64,000 nt of DNA from Klebsormidium nitens (lineage: Eukaryota > Plantae > Klebsormidiophyceae): positions 124,001 to 188,000 of the forward strand of contig DF237019.1 in NCBI GenBank assembly GCA_000708835.1. The letters run 5' to 3'. The translations under genes and the position numbers were made by a program. Of this stretch, positions 1-13,459 are shown in pieces; within the stretch, counting starts at the first letter, position 1, and each line of letters starts with the position of its first letter. The notes under the pieces are model-generated. The model saw nothing but the letters and a program-made list of their open reading frames with translations. It was not told the origin of the DNA and did no database searches.

Positions 1-3000
1 CGGCTGCATGCGAGAAAGGGACCTAGAGCGATCTAAAAGCTGGACCCTCTAAGTCGTACGGACAGATACTTGGAAGCTTCGTACTGCTATTCTTAGCAAG
101 AAAAGGGTCAACGCCAGATTTTAAAGCAGAGCGGCCGAGTTGATGGTAAAACTTGCAACTGCAGATCAGCCAGGCATAATCTTCGGTGAAAATGGTCGCA
201 ACGTCGTGAAGTATCCGAGCCAAAACTCACCGCGAAGTGGAATAGCGCCTCGTAAATACTGGCAATGACGTGGGAATGATGAAAAGGGGTGTCAGCATGA
301 CGAAGAGGGAAATCTTACATGTGTGCGTTGATTGCTGCGCTGTACACATTGGGCGGCACGCTCAGCCCCAACTTCCGAATGGTGTCAAAGACCTCCAAGA
401 CTTGCCTGCGAGCGAAGTGAGTGTCAATCAACGACCATTTTTTGACACTAAGAAAGCCTTCTATCCTTGTCAGCTCTGTCCTAAGCCGGCTCATAGCATA
501 TCGTCTCTAGATGCCCCCTGAATATGGCGTTATGCTAACTGACAACAACGCGAAGCAGTCAAAATGAACCACAAAGAATCGCTGCGTTTGTACGTCATGC
601 TTCACGTGAACCTGTCTACGTTTCCATATTTCACGAACAACTTGGATTCGAAGCTGCAACATTAAGATGTTATCTGACCGGCTCCAATAATTTCCAGCTT
701 CTCAACTTCAAGAGGACTTTCGAAAAGAAGTTGTTCAGATTCAACTAAATGCGAATTCAAGAGGACTTTCGAAAAGACGTTCTTCAGAATCAACGTAATG
801 CGAAGGAATTCACAAGCACCGGGAAAACCGTTCAAACAAGCACCAAATCTATTGCGGTTCACGAGCACTCCCAGAACAAAGCCTCACCGGCGGTTTTTGG
901 CTCGCGCGTAATAGAGCACGAGGAAGCTGTAGGTGACGCCATCTGGCGGCACGCCATTGGCCTCCATCTCGGCCAGGAGCGACGTGGCACTCTGGATGGC
1001 GCCGCTATTGCAGTACGCTTGAAGTAGACTGCACCCGTGAGACGATACACGTAAGAAAAGCATTGAAGCGTGTGGTTTGGATAGGCAATGCGTGCTTTCT
1101 GAAGAGCATAAGGAGACGAGCTAACTTCGCAGGCGCAATGCCTACTCCGCAGAGATTGCACATTTGAAGGTAAGAGACTTCACTGTTGGTCTGGCCGTTT
1201 GCAGACTCGGTTTCGTGAAGCGTTTAGAAACAAGCTCTATTCACGAGCTTCCCAAGAAACCCGCTAGACGGATGACGAAGACTTGGTGTTGTTTGTCGCA
1301 GAGACGCCGTTCTTGGCCCACATTTGTCCGCAGAATCTGCTACGAGCTACTGTCAATGATCAAACAGAGCTCTAAGAAAGGACTGACTTGTGGTAAGAGA
1401 GCCGGGAAGGGCGGATGCCCTTGTCGCACATATGCTCGAACGTCGCCCGCGCCTTGTGCTTCTCGGCCGCTTGCGCGTAGGCCCTGAGCAGCGATGCGTA
1501 GTCTGGCTCCGTAGGCTGCAACAGCAGGAATGGATATTCGTTAAGTCAATGTTAAGTGCTTACGCCGAGTGACAAATCATCGAGGGATGGATAGGACTCG
1601 AGAGTTAGGAAGTCTGCGAGAGTGAGGTAGACAGAGAGGTGTGGTCGTCTCATGGATGGACTCATCGCTTCTAGGTTTCGGCAGAATTGTATTGTGCATG
1701 CTAACGAACCTTCGCTCTATCGAAACACCAGAGGAGCTTCGATCGTCAACGGCTTACACTTCGCTTTTTCATCCTGGAGTCTTCTCAAAGGAAATTAGTT
1801 GATGCAAAGTTCTTCAAAGAGAAAACAACCAAGCCGTATGTAGAATAACACAGTGGACCTCCCTTCAGCTGAGATTTCTTTGTTTCTTCTCTGAAATCCT
1901 TTCGGATCAAGCTTGTTCGGAAAGGCTGGGACGAGCCTGCCGGTCCCCAGACAGCAATCAGCGCCAGAGCTTATGCTGACGTCTTTGGCTCATTTCAGTA
2001 GGTCAGATGGTCTTCAAGCAGCCCCCTCCGCAACCAACCTGATTGACCTAACCACTCCAGCTTGTGACTAAACGACAATCCCTTCGACAGCCAAAAACTA
2101 CTAACAACGTAGCAAAATTGGTTGGATCGGATTCAACGCCCTCCGGTTTACCTTCACCAGCTTGTGCAGCATCAAATCTGAATTGAAGGAACAGTCCGAC
2201 CACAGCATCGCTGGAAGGAAGACAGACTGGAGTTATTGTCACAGCAGGAATGTCGAGTATCCTGGAACAGGAATAAGAAGATTTCCAAGAAGAGAGAAGA
2301 AAGAAAAGAAAAGGAAAAAAGAAAAGAAAAGAAGGAGAAGGAATCCTGGATGTGACACGTTGATATGACCCTCACCTCCAGCAGCTGCGCAAAGAGGTGC
2401 TCCACTTTTCGGACGTCCGGCGGCCTGTGCATCGCGGCATCGCGCAGACGTTTCCGAACTGCCCCCTCAAGCGCTCCCAAAGCATCAGACTCTTCCTTCG
2501 ACATTGCAACCGGAGACCTTTCTGAAGTCGTGCACTGATCCGAAGACTCATTATGGTCCGAGACCCTGCTTCCGTTCAAAGCCCCAGTTCCATTCGCAAC
2601 CTCACTTCTCTTCCACAGTCCGCTCGTGTCTGAAACCCCACTATCGTTTGAAACAACATCTTTGCTGGACTCTCTTCCGGCACTGCCTGCGACCCCCGCC
2701 CCATTCTCCGCTACGCCCCCCCCTTGCGCCCCTTCAAAAGAGACCCTCAAACGGTGATTTTGCCATATAAATCCGTTGCCCTTAAGAACCGCTTTCGCGG
2801 CACTTTCGGTTGCCCAGGGCTCCAGATATCGGACCACCGCACCTAGTTTGCCTTTCCCAGCTTTTGAGAGTTCCACGGATTGAAGGGGCCCAAACGCATC
2901 AAACAACGACTCGACTTCAGCTTGGGCAGTCTCTGGGGGCAGGTTGCTGACCACAACACAGGTCCTGCTCAGTGGTTTCGGCTCCAGGGGGGTGCCCGTG

Positions 3001-3655
3001 AGTGTTTGAACAGGGGGGGTAGGAACCCCCCCCGACGCCATACGCGATTCTGCGGCGGTGCCTGGACCACGGGCTTTGCTCTGCCCCGGCCATCTCGCGA
3101 GACGCGCACGGAAGTGTCCCCCGCTTTTTGAAAAGAACTTGGCCTTTGATCATGAAAACTGGAGCTTTGATCGTGCTGCAATCCCGGGCCCGTTGATTCT
3201 GGCAGCTCACCCTGTTCTAGCTCGGAGGCGGCACCAAGCTGGTTCTCAGGGTGGTTACTTGACGACCCTGGTTTTAGAAAAGCGATCGCGGCTGCCCTAC
3301 CTCTTCTAGCTCGCTGCGTGCTTGATCCAAATCTCAATCTCACTTCAACACTTTGTCCATCGATGCGGTTTTCAGAAAGCCCCAACGGCGGGCTGCCAGG
3401 CACAAAACCAGCTCTTACATCCAACGGTTGTGAGAATCGAATCACTCGACCTGCAGCTGGTATCCTCCTTCCAGCATTCTGCACTGCCCCGCCTCCTCTT
3501 GCAAAGAGATTGTGCGACTCGCCATTCAATTTTCTGCTTGCAGAATGACGCAAGTTGGAAGCTCGGGAAGCGGTGCCAGTCCTCCTGCAGCCAGGACACA
3601 GGCTGAACAGCGCCCCAGGACCCCATCCTGGCACCAGCTGAATGCCAGAAGCCAT
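1..3655 (-). CDS. PPR4: Plastid RRM + pentatricopeptide-repeat protein, PPR4-like (partial; continues past the window start)
   Basis: ATG at 3655 begins a transit-peptide-like N-terminus. RRM reads CVVVSNLPPETAQAEVESLFDAFGPLQSVEL. PPR exons at 1515-1388 (DYASLLRAYAQAAEKHKARATFEHMCDKGIRP) and 1028-888 (LLQAYCNSGAIQSATSLLAEMEANGVPPDGVTY) have GT-AG borders in consistent phase. The KHxARATFE first repeat after an RRM is typical of PPR4. The first exon needs a 1-nt frame correction at a G8 run (3026-3033). Confidence 0.8.
707..804. repeat. 49-bp tandem duplication (2 copies) in a PPR4 intron
   Basis: ttcaagaggactttcgaaaaga...atgcgaa occurs at 707-755 and 756-804 with a few mismatches. Confidence 0.9.
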
Positions 3656-4266
3656 GATCTTATCAACACAAGCCAACCTTACAAGCCAATCTTTTACCGG
3701 TGAGGAGAAGGTCTGTGTCAATGGTTCACATGTAGCAGCATGCGACTACCACAACCAACTAGACCCCATGGCCTTCCTCTCTGCCAAAGCGTCTTCCCTC
3801 CACGCAGCCTAATACCTACGAATGTCGAGCAGGAAGACAAACCCCAACTTTGTGTCCCGGTGTGAAAACCTTTTTGTCTGATCCATTCGGACCGTTCTCA
3901 GCCGGTTCTCGTCTAAGTTGGGCTTAATATATTCTACAATAATTCCGGGTTTGTTGCCGCTTTGCCGGTTTTGGCATGCAGCGAGATGCGTTTCGTTATT
4001 TCACACCCGTCCCTCAACTTGAGTCCGGCATTCGGGTCTCGTCTCTCTTGAGTCTTGAGCTTTCAAAGGCGCCATGGTCAAAACTCAAGTGGCTAGTGAA
4101 GAAGCTAGGGCGCTAAGTGAAGCCTTCAAGTTCTAAAAGAAGGTAAAGCCTCAGTGTCTTTGAGTTTGTGCAAGTTCCCTCGACAAGGAAAAGAAGAGGA
4201 TTAAAGAGAGCCATACGCGGAGTCGTACGTTTCATTTCGCAAGCTGCGTAAGGCATTAAAACTGAC

Positions 4267-6738
4267 ATGGCAGTCCTTTCAAAGGTGCAGCTGCGAGGTT
4301 GCCAATGCCGGTACAGAGCTTCTCTCACGACCGGCAGCTTGGTTGAAAGGAGACCTAATGTAGCGCTCTCTTCGCTACGTCCAGCTTCTTTAGCTCCTGG
4401 CGCTTCTTTCGGAAGCAGGCGGGTTGCAGGTGTTCCACAAAATAGATCAATGCAGCTGCCTGAAGGTAGTATTAGTTCGCCCGCTCTCTTAAAAAGTAAA
4501 GCAAAGCTGGCGGTGGACCCAACATTTTTGGCTCAGTTTGAAGAGAGGGGCAGTGGGCGGAGGGCAAAAAGAGAAGTAGATTCGCGACCAAGATTCAGTA
4601 CGGATAGTTGGACTAGCTCCGATAAGCTGCACGGAAGTGCACATCTTCAAGCAGTCCTACCACTCCGAAAGAACGGAAGCAGCAGGCGTTTTGGCGGCAG
4701 TGCACGGTCGCTGCGACACTCGCCTCTGACTTGCATTTGTAAAGTAGGCAAAAGCTCTGACATGTCTCCTGCTCATATGTCAAGAAGAGCCCGTGCTACC
4801 ACTTGCCAAACACACGGTCAACTTTCACAGCTAGGGGACAGCTTGAATGGGGCTTGTTGTCGGAAGCCTAGGCGTCGATGGGAGTTGAGCGCACTGCCTG
4901 AGCAGAGTTTAGCAGAGAGTGTATTCACACTGGCGGTGCAGGCAGGCCCAACCGTAGACCTCCAGACTGTCATCATTTCGGCAGGGGCTATCATTTCAAT
5001 ATCCGCATCCTTGTACTTTGGTATGAAGGTGAGTAGAGTGCTTTCCCAGTACCCAGATTCGTCGCTTCATTCTGGAATGCAAATGTAGTCTCTGCAAGCA
5101 AAGAGGTCCTTGATAGTGATGTTCCAATCATGGAGCTTTACGCTCTTCTTCAAAAAACAGCACTGCCAATCCATCAGCCCCCTGGAGAATCTATGATGGC
5201 CTGGGTTGCAGACAAATACAAAGTAAACCAGATATTTGTCCTGCTTTAACTGCTTGTGCAGTGCGCGCCTTTGAAGAATGTTCAAATCTTAATCACTGCT
5301 TCGAAGGAGTGGTGGATTCATGGAGGGGCCCCTTTGAACCTGGCTTTAACTTTACTATGAACTGGAAACAAATTCAAAGCTTAAAGGATTCAAAGCTTCA
5401 AGAATTCTCTCTGTTGCCCTTGCAGGGAGAGCCGGTAGCCTGTCAATCGTGCGGAGGCAATGGCAAGCATTCTCCCCTCCAATCTTTTCAGTCTCTCAGC
5501 ATTATGCTTCTCGATTTCAACCAGTTTATGCTCCTTGTTGGTATAACAGTAGCGGCCCGAGCGTTTTCTATTCACAGTTCTCAGCAAACTTGAGACAGCA
5601 AAGTCGAGAATAGTACGTCTAGCAGCCAGACCTCTTGATGCCCCCTTGATGGACACAGGGCACTATTCAGCCCGGTTTCATGGCTGGCTACGATTTAAGG
5701 AAATATTTCCTTGATTTCTCTGTCGCTGCAACGCTTTGCTGGTGCATCATTGCAGCAATTTGAACCACTACCTTCAAAGCCCAGCTTTGCCTGGTTGAAA
5801 CGTTGAAAAGCAAGTCAATCTAGGTTGTTTCGGGAACCCTGCTTAGCTCTACGGTCATCTGTTGGTTAAGATCAGCGTTTTCTGAAGTCATCGATGTGGC
5901 ACACTAATGCTGAGCAGAATGCTGCAGGGGGGACCAAGTGCATCTTCTGTGAAGACGGGAAGATGCGATCGGACAAGGGGCTGATAGACTGCAAGGTGTG
6001 CAGGGGCGCAGGTGAGACCCCTGCTACTTCACCAAGCGGTACTCATTCTTATTTCTTTTCGGAGAAGTCGTCCGAAAAGCACGGGACATATGAACGGATT
6101 TTAGCGTCGCTCAGTCTGCTCTGAGGGGTTTCCATTTTTTCGTTTCAACAAACTCAACTTTGAACCCGGTAAGCAAACAAGCCGAGGTCGATGTGTAGCC
6201 GTTTCAGGTGCGACGAGTGAACGGCTTTCGAAGCGAGCCACGTCGAGAATTGTATGTGCTCTCAATGTCCCCCCATACCAATGAAATCTGCAACGAGCTT
6301 CCCCGTACTGTTTTCCGCACAAGTAAGCCGCTGCCACACGTGTAGTGCTCCTTTCCTATCACTTCTCCTTTCTTGGGACGTCTATCGAATCTTGCCTGAG
6401 CATGTCGACAATGTCTCAAAAACAACTCCTCTAAGAGTCCATTGAAGGGCCCGGGAGTGATGACAGTTTTGAACAGAATTACCGTTTCTGAACTTCGGTT
6501 CACTTGCCTCGACACCTCTTTGCTGTTGCCCTTCGATCCTCTGCACACTCGATGAGGAGAGCGGTATTTGAGAAACAATAAAAATCTCCACTCCAAGAGA
6601 CGCTTCGACATCCGGTTGTTCAAATTCATGCTCAAGTCCCGATTCGCGGAACATTTTATCAGATCTGGTTCTCAACGTGGTGCAGGCCTCGTCCTCTGTC
6701 GAACATGTAAAGGTAGCGGTTTCTCCACGCGGATGTAG
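4267..6738 (+). CDS. DnaJ-like (CxxCxGxG) zinc-finger protein with one TM helix, probably thylakoid-localised
   Basis: Exons 4267-5028, 5426-5462, 5928-6010 and 6686-6738 splice to ...[67 protein letters not shown]. This gives four CxxC motifs after a hydrophobic helix and an S/R-rich N-terminus. Intron 2 is GC-AG. The start codon is uncertain. Confidence 0.85.
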
Positions 6739-7916
6739 TACTGAAGGTAGTGCTGATTTGTGAGTGAGTGAGAACAGGGCCAATGTATACGAAGGCATCC
6801 ACGCCCTGGGCCACTGAGGCCGCGCAAACTGCAGGACTGAGCACTTGCGCGCAGTACGGATTGGGAACCACCGTGTTGGATCAGGGCGTGCTCGACGAGT
6901 TGAACAACGGCCTACGTGTTGCATTGTCACCCGGCTTGCCAAATAAAGGGGTCAAGTTTGTTGGAACGGCAATCATCCTCGTGGTAAAATAATAATCAGC
7001 GCTGCGTATGCCGGCACTCCTCCGAAATGCATGCTGATATGCACGGCCCGGGGACTTGAGCTTCAGGACGTGAAAGCTTACGTGTATAGCTAGCCTGATG
7101 GAGCATGATTATAAGATGACTTGCATGAGCCCGACGTGGAGCGGCGGCTATATGCACCATGCGCGCTGCATCGAACTGAGTACGTTGCAGGCCTGGCCGC
7201 CCGCGGGCAGCTAGACTCACGTACTGAGTAAAATCATACACGTTGCATATGGCGGGCATGTGCATGCGCAAAGCAGCTTTTAAAAGCTGCGGGCCCGACG
7301 GTGGTCGTCTGAAACAAGCCCAGCGCCCATGAGAATATGGTACATGTTTGCATTTGCGGAAAACAGAGCTTGCCAATTGACTAGCTCGAGCACGTCGGGT
7401 AGAATATTGCCAGCTGCGGCTAAGGCTCGAAATTGATTATTTGGCGAAGCAATTGATCGCATCCGCAAGCCTGAACGAAAGCCCACGCCGTGACATGCCT
7501 TCCGGTGCTTCGGCAGAGTGGCAGACGGTGGTACTAGCCTCGTACAAACTTTGTACGGCGTGACACAAAGCAAGTGAAAGGCTGGATTATGAGCAGAGGC
7601 GAGAGGCTGAGCTGATGACACTAGTACACTCTTTGAGTTCCGCATCATGTGCCACAATGGCGTTGCGAGCTACCTTCGCCCAACCTACCGCACGGTTCCA
7701 CACCGTCTGGAATGTCCGCTTGTAGAACAACCGTCCTGTAATAAGCACTACTTAGCCTACATAGCTCCTGCAATGATGCAGCATTTGCTCACGTACTGCC
7801 AATACATCCGACGAATCCGCGCCCCGCTTGACTTTCTCAAGCAAGGCCCGTAACAAAAACCTGTGGTTAAATCATTCCTAGCGGCTTTGCCTCGTACTCC
7901 CAGTCGACTTATCGTT

Positions 7917-10900
7917 CTACTGGCTGACACTCTCCTGCGCCTCGCCTAATACGCCCTGCTTGAGCAACTCGATGTTATTGAGGATGAGCCGCCGAGTGCC
8001 CACCGCCTTGACGCCCATTTCTTTGAGGTCGTCTGACGTCAGGTGGGGGAGTGCGTCGTCGACAACCTCGTGTTCGGTAAAGAGGCCGACCAGCCGGCCT
8101 AGCCCCACGTGCTCGAGCCACTTCTGTACCTGGTAACCAAAAGCAGCCCGGGTCAAGAATGGAGCTAAGAGTGAAAGGAGAGGACTTGAGGGAAGAAGAG
8201 GCTGGACAACAAACAAGCAAACAAGGGGAATAGCTGATGTGGACCACATCCGAGAAAGAGCACGCACGAGAAGGCTAAAGAACCGAGGGAAACAAACGTA
8301 CAAAAATGGGGAGATGAAACGAAATTGAAAGACACCCGGCACAGATTTAAATCGCTCGAGCAAGCCTTGATCTTGATAGTAAGCGAGAGACTTGGTTCGG
8401 AGATCGTCCGATCTCGTAGTCTGCATGGCGCTAATGCTGAAACAGAGAAGATGATGATTCCGCTGATTCCGGCGGGAGACTTGGCCAGAATAGACCGGAA
8501 ACTTTGCAAGCCGGTTGTGCCTCGCTTCGCACGTCCGCATGCCAAATTGTAACCAAAGCCAATGCATCAAACGTTCTTCCACAGCGGCGAAACTTGGTGT
8601 AACCCCCAAACTGCACATGACCGCACATCCTCCGCCCCAACTCTCAAAAATACTTGCAACCAGTATCTGGTGCTCAGGCGCTCAAGCACAATTCTCACAA
8701 CGAATCTTGAGCACCTTTTTCCGGTTAAAGCCTCTCCAAACGACTCACCCCGCCCACGTCAGCCAGCGTCTTTGCCGCCACCTTCTGCCACGCCCCCCCC
8801 ATCTGGCCGCTGCTCCCGTTCTCCGTGTGCAGCGGCAGCGCTGCCGTCGAGTCGCTCTCAACCCTGGAAGTCTCGGGGCCGTGCATATTCACACCACCGG
8901 GCGCCTCCTTCCCTGTCGGGATCCCGTTCACACCACGCCCGTTCACACCAGCGGTGTCCGAGGCCCCATTCACACCGTCCATCTCTGAAACTCCAGTCAC
9001 GCTGGTCCTGTTCACACCGTCCTCGGCAGGCGCACCGGGCCCATCCACACCGTTCGTCGCCTTCACACCCTCTCCTGGGCTGGCCCCGTATTCGGTGTTG
9101 ACGACCTCGTCCCTGGGGGAGTGCTCCGAGTCGTTGCCAGGAGGGGCGTTCACACTGGTGGGCGTGCCGGCGTGCCCGTTCACACCGCTGACGTCATGCC
9201 CGTTCTCGAGGCACGGATCCTTCTCCCCGCTCCCCAAGCGGACCTCCAAACCGGGCCGCCTGACAAACCCTGGCCCCTCCTTCGTCTCCCCGACCCCCTC
9301 CTTCGGCTTCGTTTCATCTTCCACTGGGCTAAAAGCCGCAGGGGTTTGCCCCCCTGGAGCATCTTCCGCGGTGTTAGAGAGTTTAGGAATCTGCTCGCTA
9401 AGGGCATCCTCCGGCGGGTTAGCGGGTTTACGGTTCTGCCCTCCATACACGTCTTTCCACCAGAGGCGCCTCGACGCAGGGGGGTTTGGGGGGTCTGCGG
9501 CGACGGGGGGCTCAGTTTTGGGGGTTTGGAGAGTGGGGTCGGGCACGCTAGCGGGGACGCTGCCAGGGGGAGTGTTGTAACTAGGATGGGGGGCCGACTC
9601 GCGCTTGTTGCGCTTCCGGGGGAGCTCGATGCCGCCCCTCCTGCAAGTGCACCAAAGTCTGTCACACGAATTCCTTGGTATGCGACCAAGTAATATTTTG
9701 GGAGCCTGAAGTTGAACCCTCCTAAATCTAACCAGAAGACACGTGCTGTGCAAGTCGACTTTTTGCACCAGGAGACATCCCGTGAGTTCAAGAAGCAAGA
9801 TTGATTCGGAAAGAGGAAGCTCGCAAGGGAGGAAATCCAGCGGCTCGAAGGTACTAGAACGAGACAAAAGATGCTGGTATTCCTAATGCATGTCTCCCAA
9901 CGAAGCCGGCTCCTCTGGCAACTCCCTCTCCCTTAGTTTTTCTGGCCTCACCACTCCTGGGGCAACGCGCAGAACATACTGCAGCCAATCAATCTCATAC
10001 GCACCTGTAGGCTTCCACCTCCGCAGGCGCAATCGTCCCGCCCGCCGTCGCCTCGATCCGCCTCTGCGCGACCACCGCCGCTGACCTCATCAGCCGCGAG
10101 CCAGTCCGCACTTTCTCCGGCATCTTCTCTTCGGCCTTCATCGTTTCCCCCCCCACTTTCTCCACTTCCATCTCCCCCCCGGCTTTTGCCACCCGTGGCC
10201 CGGCCCCGTCCGTCTCTGCAGCGCTCACCAGCAGGGCTCCCCCGCACGCCAGCTCCACAAACTGTGTCTCCCCAAAGCTGCGCTTCCGCACCAACGGCTG
10301 CGCTTTCGCCACGTGGCGGCTCGTGCTCCCCTTGGGCTTGGGCGTAAACTTCCGCTTGCGCTTGTGGCCCCCCCGTTTGCCCGGCCCGCCGGCCTTCCCC
10401 TTGTTCCCCTCCTCTTTCTCCATCTTCTTCTTCTCAAAGTCGCTCAGAATCTGCTGGATCTCCGGGGGAAGGGGCACGGGTCCCCCGTTCACACCTGGCT
10501 TTCCCCCGGACAGGACTGGGTCTGCGGTCAGAGGGTTAGCGTCCGGGTGAGCGCCGTTTGACATGAACCCCTGGTTCTGCCCCTGTTCGCTCAATTTATC
10601 GTGATGCGTGTTGAGCTCCTGGGGGCGTTTGACGTCGGACACATCCGACAAATTCGCGCCCACATCTCTGGGCGGTCGGGCGGGCTCGCTCGAGGGGACC
10701 AAGAAACCCCCGGTTCGGAAGCCCCCCTTCGGACTCGTCCACCCGTTGGAATGTCCCGGGAAGTACCCCCCGTTTGCGGTCCGGTCCAAAGTGGCTGCTA
10801 ACCGGATCAGTTTCCCCTCCCCCTTCTTGCTCCGCTTCCGTTTCAGCCCGATGAAAATCGGCCCCCTCTCCTCCGAGTCGCGCCTCCCGAGCCCATTCCC

Positions 10901-13409
10901 ACTGGGCGCACCAAACGTGGGCGTGTTCCCACCAAACCGGTTCCCAGCCACCCCAAGGAGCGCCTCAATCGCCCCCATCTCCTGAACGCTCGCCGCCCCC
11001 TCGTCCGAAGCCCCCAACGCTTCTCCCCCGGACTCTGGAACCTTCATCTTCTTCCGCCGTTTCTTCATCACCCCCTCTGCCTTCGCATCTTTCGGCCCCT
11101 TCGTCTGCCCCCCCCACTTCTTCATTTTCTCGAACCGGCGGCGTTTCCGGGGGGGCATGTAGTGAGGAATGTCGCCCTCGGACGGCAGGCCCAGCTCGGG
11201 CGGGGGAATCCCTTCGCCGGGCATGCGCTCCTTTTTGGGGTCGAGCGTTCCGGGGCGCCAGATCTCCTTGGACAGGTCCAGGACTTCCATCTCGTTGTCG
11301 TCATACAGGACCGTGTAGCGGTGCTTTGCAACCACGTGCTCGACCACCTTGCCTGCAAGAAGGGGCGCATCCAGGTTCATGCGTCGTCGTCACTTACACC
11401 GAAGTCTTGTCCTCACTTAGTTTGTATCGTTGAAGGGCTTGTTTTGGTAAGACGAGGTCTGGGTGTGCCTTCTAACCTTGCACACATGCCCTTCCTCGTC
11501 ATTAATGGGTCAACAAAGATCCACAGCTCGTGTTCTTTCTAATTCGTTTTTGTCCTCGACACTTTCGTTTTTTGCCTTCAACTTAGAAACATAAGAGATG
11601 CTGTGTGTTCATGTAAGTTCTCGGCCATGGGAACAGTGCCTCAGACTGCGCCCCAAAACCACAACTTCGACCAGAATGACTCAGGTAATACTCTCTGGAA
11701 GACCTACAAGCTACTGAACTTTGTTGTCCAGAGCTTCCTTCTACCAACTCACTTCTACCAACTCACAATTGCTAAGACTGTCTTCGTACAACAATGAAGG
11801 TCATATCTGCATGTGCTCACGTTCTTTGAATACCTCGTGAAATGCATCCCATGCATGTCAAACCGTTCACCAAGTCTGAAGCATTCCAACGTAAGAATTG
11901 ACAGAAAAAAGAACGGTATCTTCAAGCGCAAAAAAAACGTCCGGGAATTTTCGTGGCACAGGGATCGCGGTGATGTTCGTGAACCTTCAATGGGAATGAA
12001 GTAGAACCTAGAAGTTCCTCCATTGCCCCTTCCAGCAGGATCTGCAGTTTTTTTTATACAGACGTAAGAAACTCTGGCACACATTGCAAGCATGAGAAAC
12101 GGACTACGGTTTGCTCTGCCTCTGCTTGAATCTCTGCAGCTCTCAAAGTATGACGTTGATCAGCCAAAGCAGAAGAAGACTGGTCACTCCGATCTCACCT
12201 CAAGCTTTGACGTTTGAGCAAACTAATTACTGGGAAACTTGAGCAAGGGCTATGTCTTCCCGGACTGCTCTGTATCCGAAACTGACAGTTCTTAATATTG
12301 CTTTTGAGTGCCGAAGCTAGTAGGAGCACTTTGAGAAGCTTTTCCATCCATAGCCTTAACGACAGATAATCTTTGCCAAACATTATTTCAAACGCAGCAA
12401 AACCGTCATCGACACCGCCAACAACCTGACTGCAGAGATTTCAATCCACTCTAGAGAAAAAGACCACAAACCAAGAAAACCAGAACAGATATCAACGGTC
12501 TGAATAGGCCCCAAGCAGGCTGTAACGAAGACACCATAGGGACATACCTGAGTAGAAGACCCCGTCCATGGGCCAATAAATCAGGATGCGCTCCCCGATG
12601 TTGATCAGCGGAATCTTCTTCTTGTGGCTCCGCTTCTCCTCAGGGGTCTCCTCCCGCCCAAGCAGCGCCGCCACCTGTGAAACCCGCTTCTTCATCTCTG
12701 CCGCCGTCTCTTTTTTCAGGGGGGTCTTGGGCGCATCCCCCAAGGCAATCTGCACCCCCCCACCAGGGGCCACGTCAACCCCCTCAGGTAGCACTGCCTT
12801 GGTCCTTTTGAGCCCTCCCTTAAACATACCCTTCTTTGTCTTCTTCAGATTGGGGGCAAAAGCTTGCCCCTTGGTCTTCTTCTGCAACCCCCCTAGAAGT
12901 TTCTGCTTCCCCCCTGGAGCGAGCTTCTGGCACTGTTCCACGCCCTGCTTCAGGCGCGCAAGTGGCTTCAGAGGCTTCTTCAAGGGGATGGACTCTTGAA
13001 CGGGGGGCTGGGACTCTGGCTCAGAGGTTGCCCCCCCTTGCGAGTCGTTTTCTACCGTGCTGTTGACCACGGCCAAGAGCTCCTGGAGCGGTGTGAGGGG
13101 TTTGGAGCTTCTGGGGGGGTCGCGCAGCGCCGCCAGGTGTTTTGGAATCATCGAAGTTTTGCGCTCGGGAGGGTGGTCCTGGGGTTCAGCATCAGGGGTG
13201 ATTGGCTCCTGGGGTTCGGTCGCTTCTTCCGGGGGGGTGGATGAGGGTTTGGAGTCTTCGGGAATAAAGAATTGGGGCTCCTCTGAGGGGATGATGGACG
13301 GGATCGGCGCCTGAAGTGGGGCGCTCTCAGGCTCAGGTTTGGCCTCGGGAAGAGGAGCTTCCATGAGGAGAGGCGCTTCAGTCGTCAGAGTTACGGCCAG
13401 AGTGCTCAT
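7917..13409 (-). CDS. Large, mostly disordered nuclear protein with a Tudor-like domain and a C-terminal SAM domain
   Basis: Exons 13409-12548, 11352-10005, 9640-8749 and 8129-7917 join in phase. Tudor-like segment IGERILIYWPMDGVFYSG|KVVEHVVAKHRYTVLYDDNEMEVLDLSKEIWR is split by intron 1. SAM reads VQKWLEHVGLGRLVGLFTEHEVVDDALPHLTSDDLKEMGVKAVGTRRLIL. There are several basic NLS-like tracts. An in-frame acceptor at 13437-13439 implies an upstream exon. Confidence 0.85.
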
Positions 13410-13459
13410 GCAGTGCGTCGAGCTGCTGACATGCGCCTGGAAAAGAGAAAAAGTTCAGT

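Noticed and set aside
2162-2368. Lys/Arg-rich ORF (EKKEKKRKKEKKRRRR)
   Set aside because: Produced by an intronic purine run (pyrimidine tract on the gene strand).
8515-11542. Long plus-strand ORFs (e.g. 8825-9580, 9121-9693, 10608-10985)
   Set aside because: They are antisense shadows of GC-rich exons of the Tudor-SAM gene and have no domain motifs.
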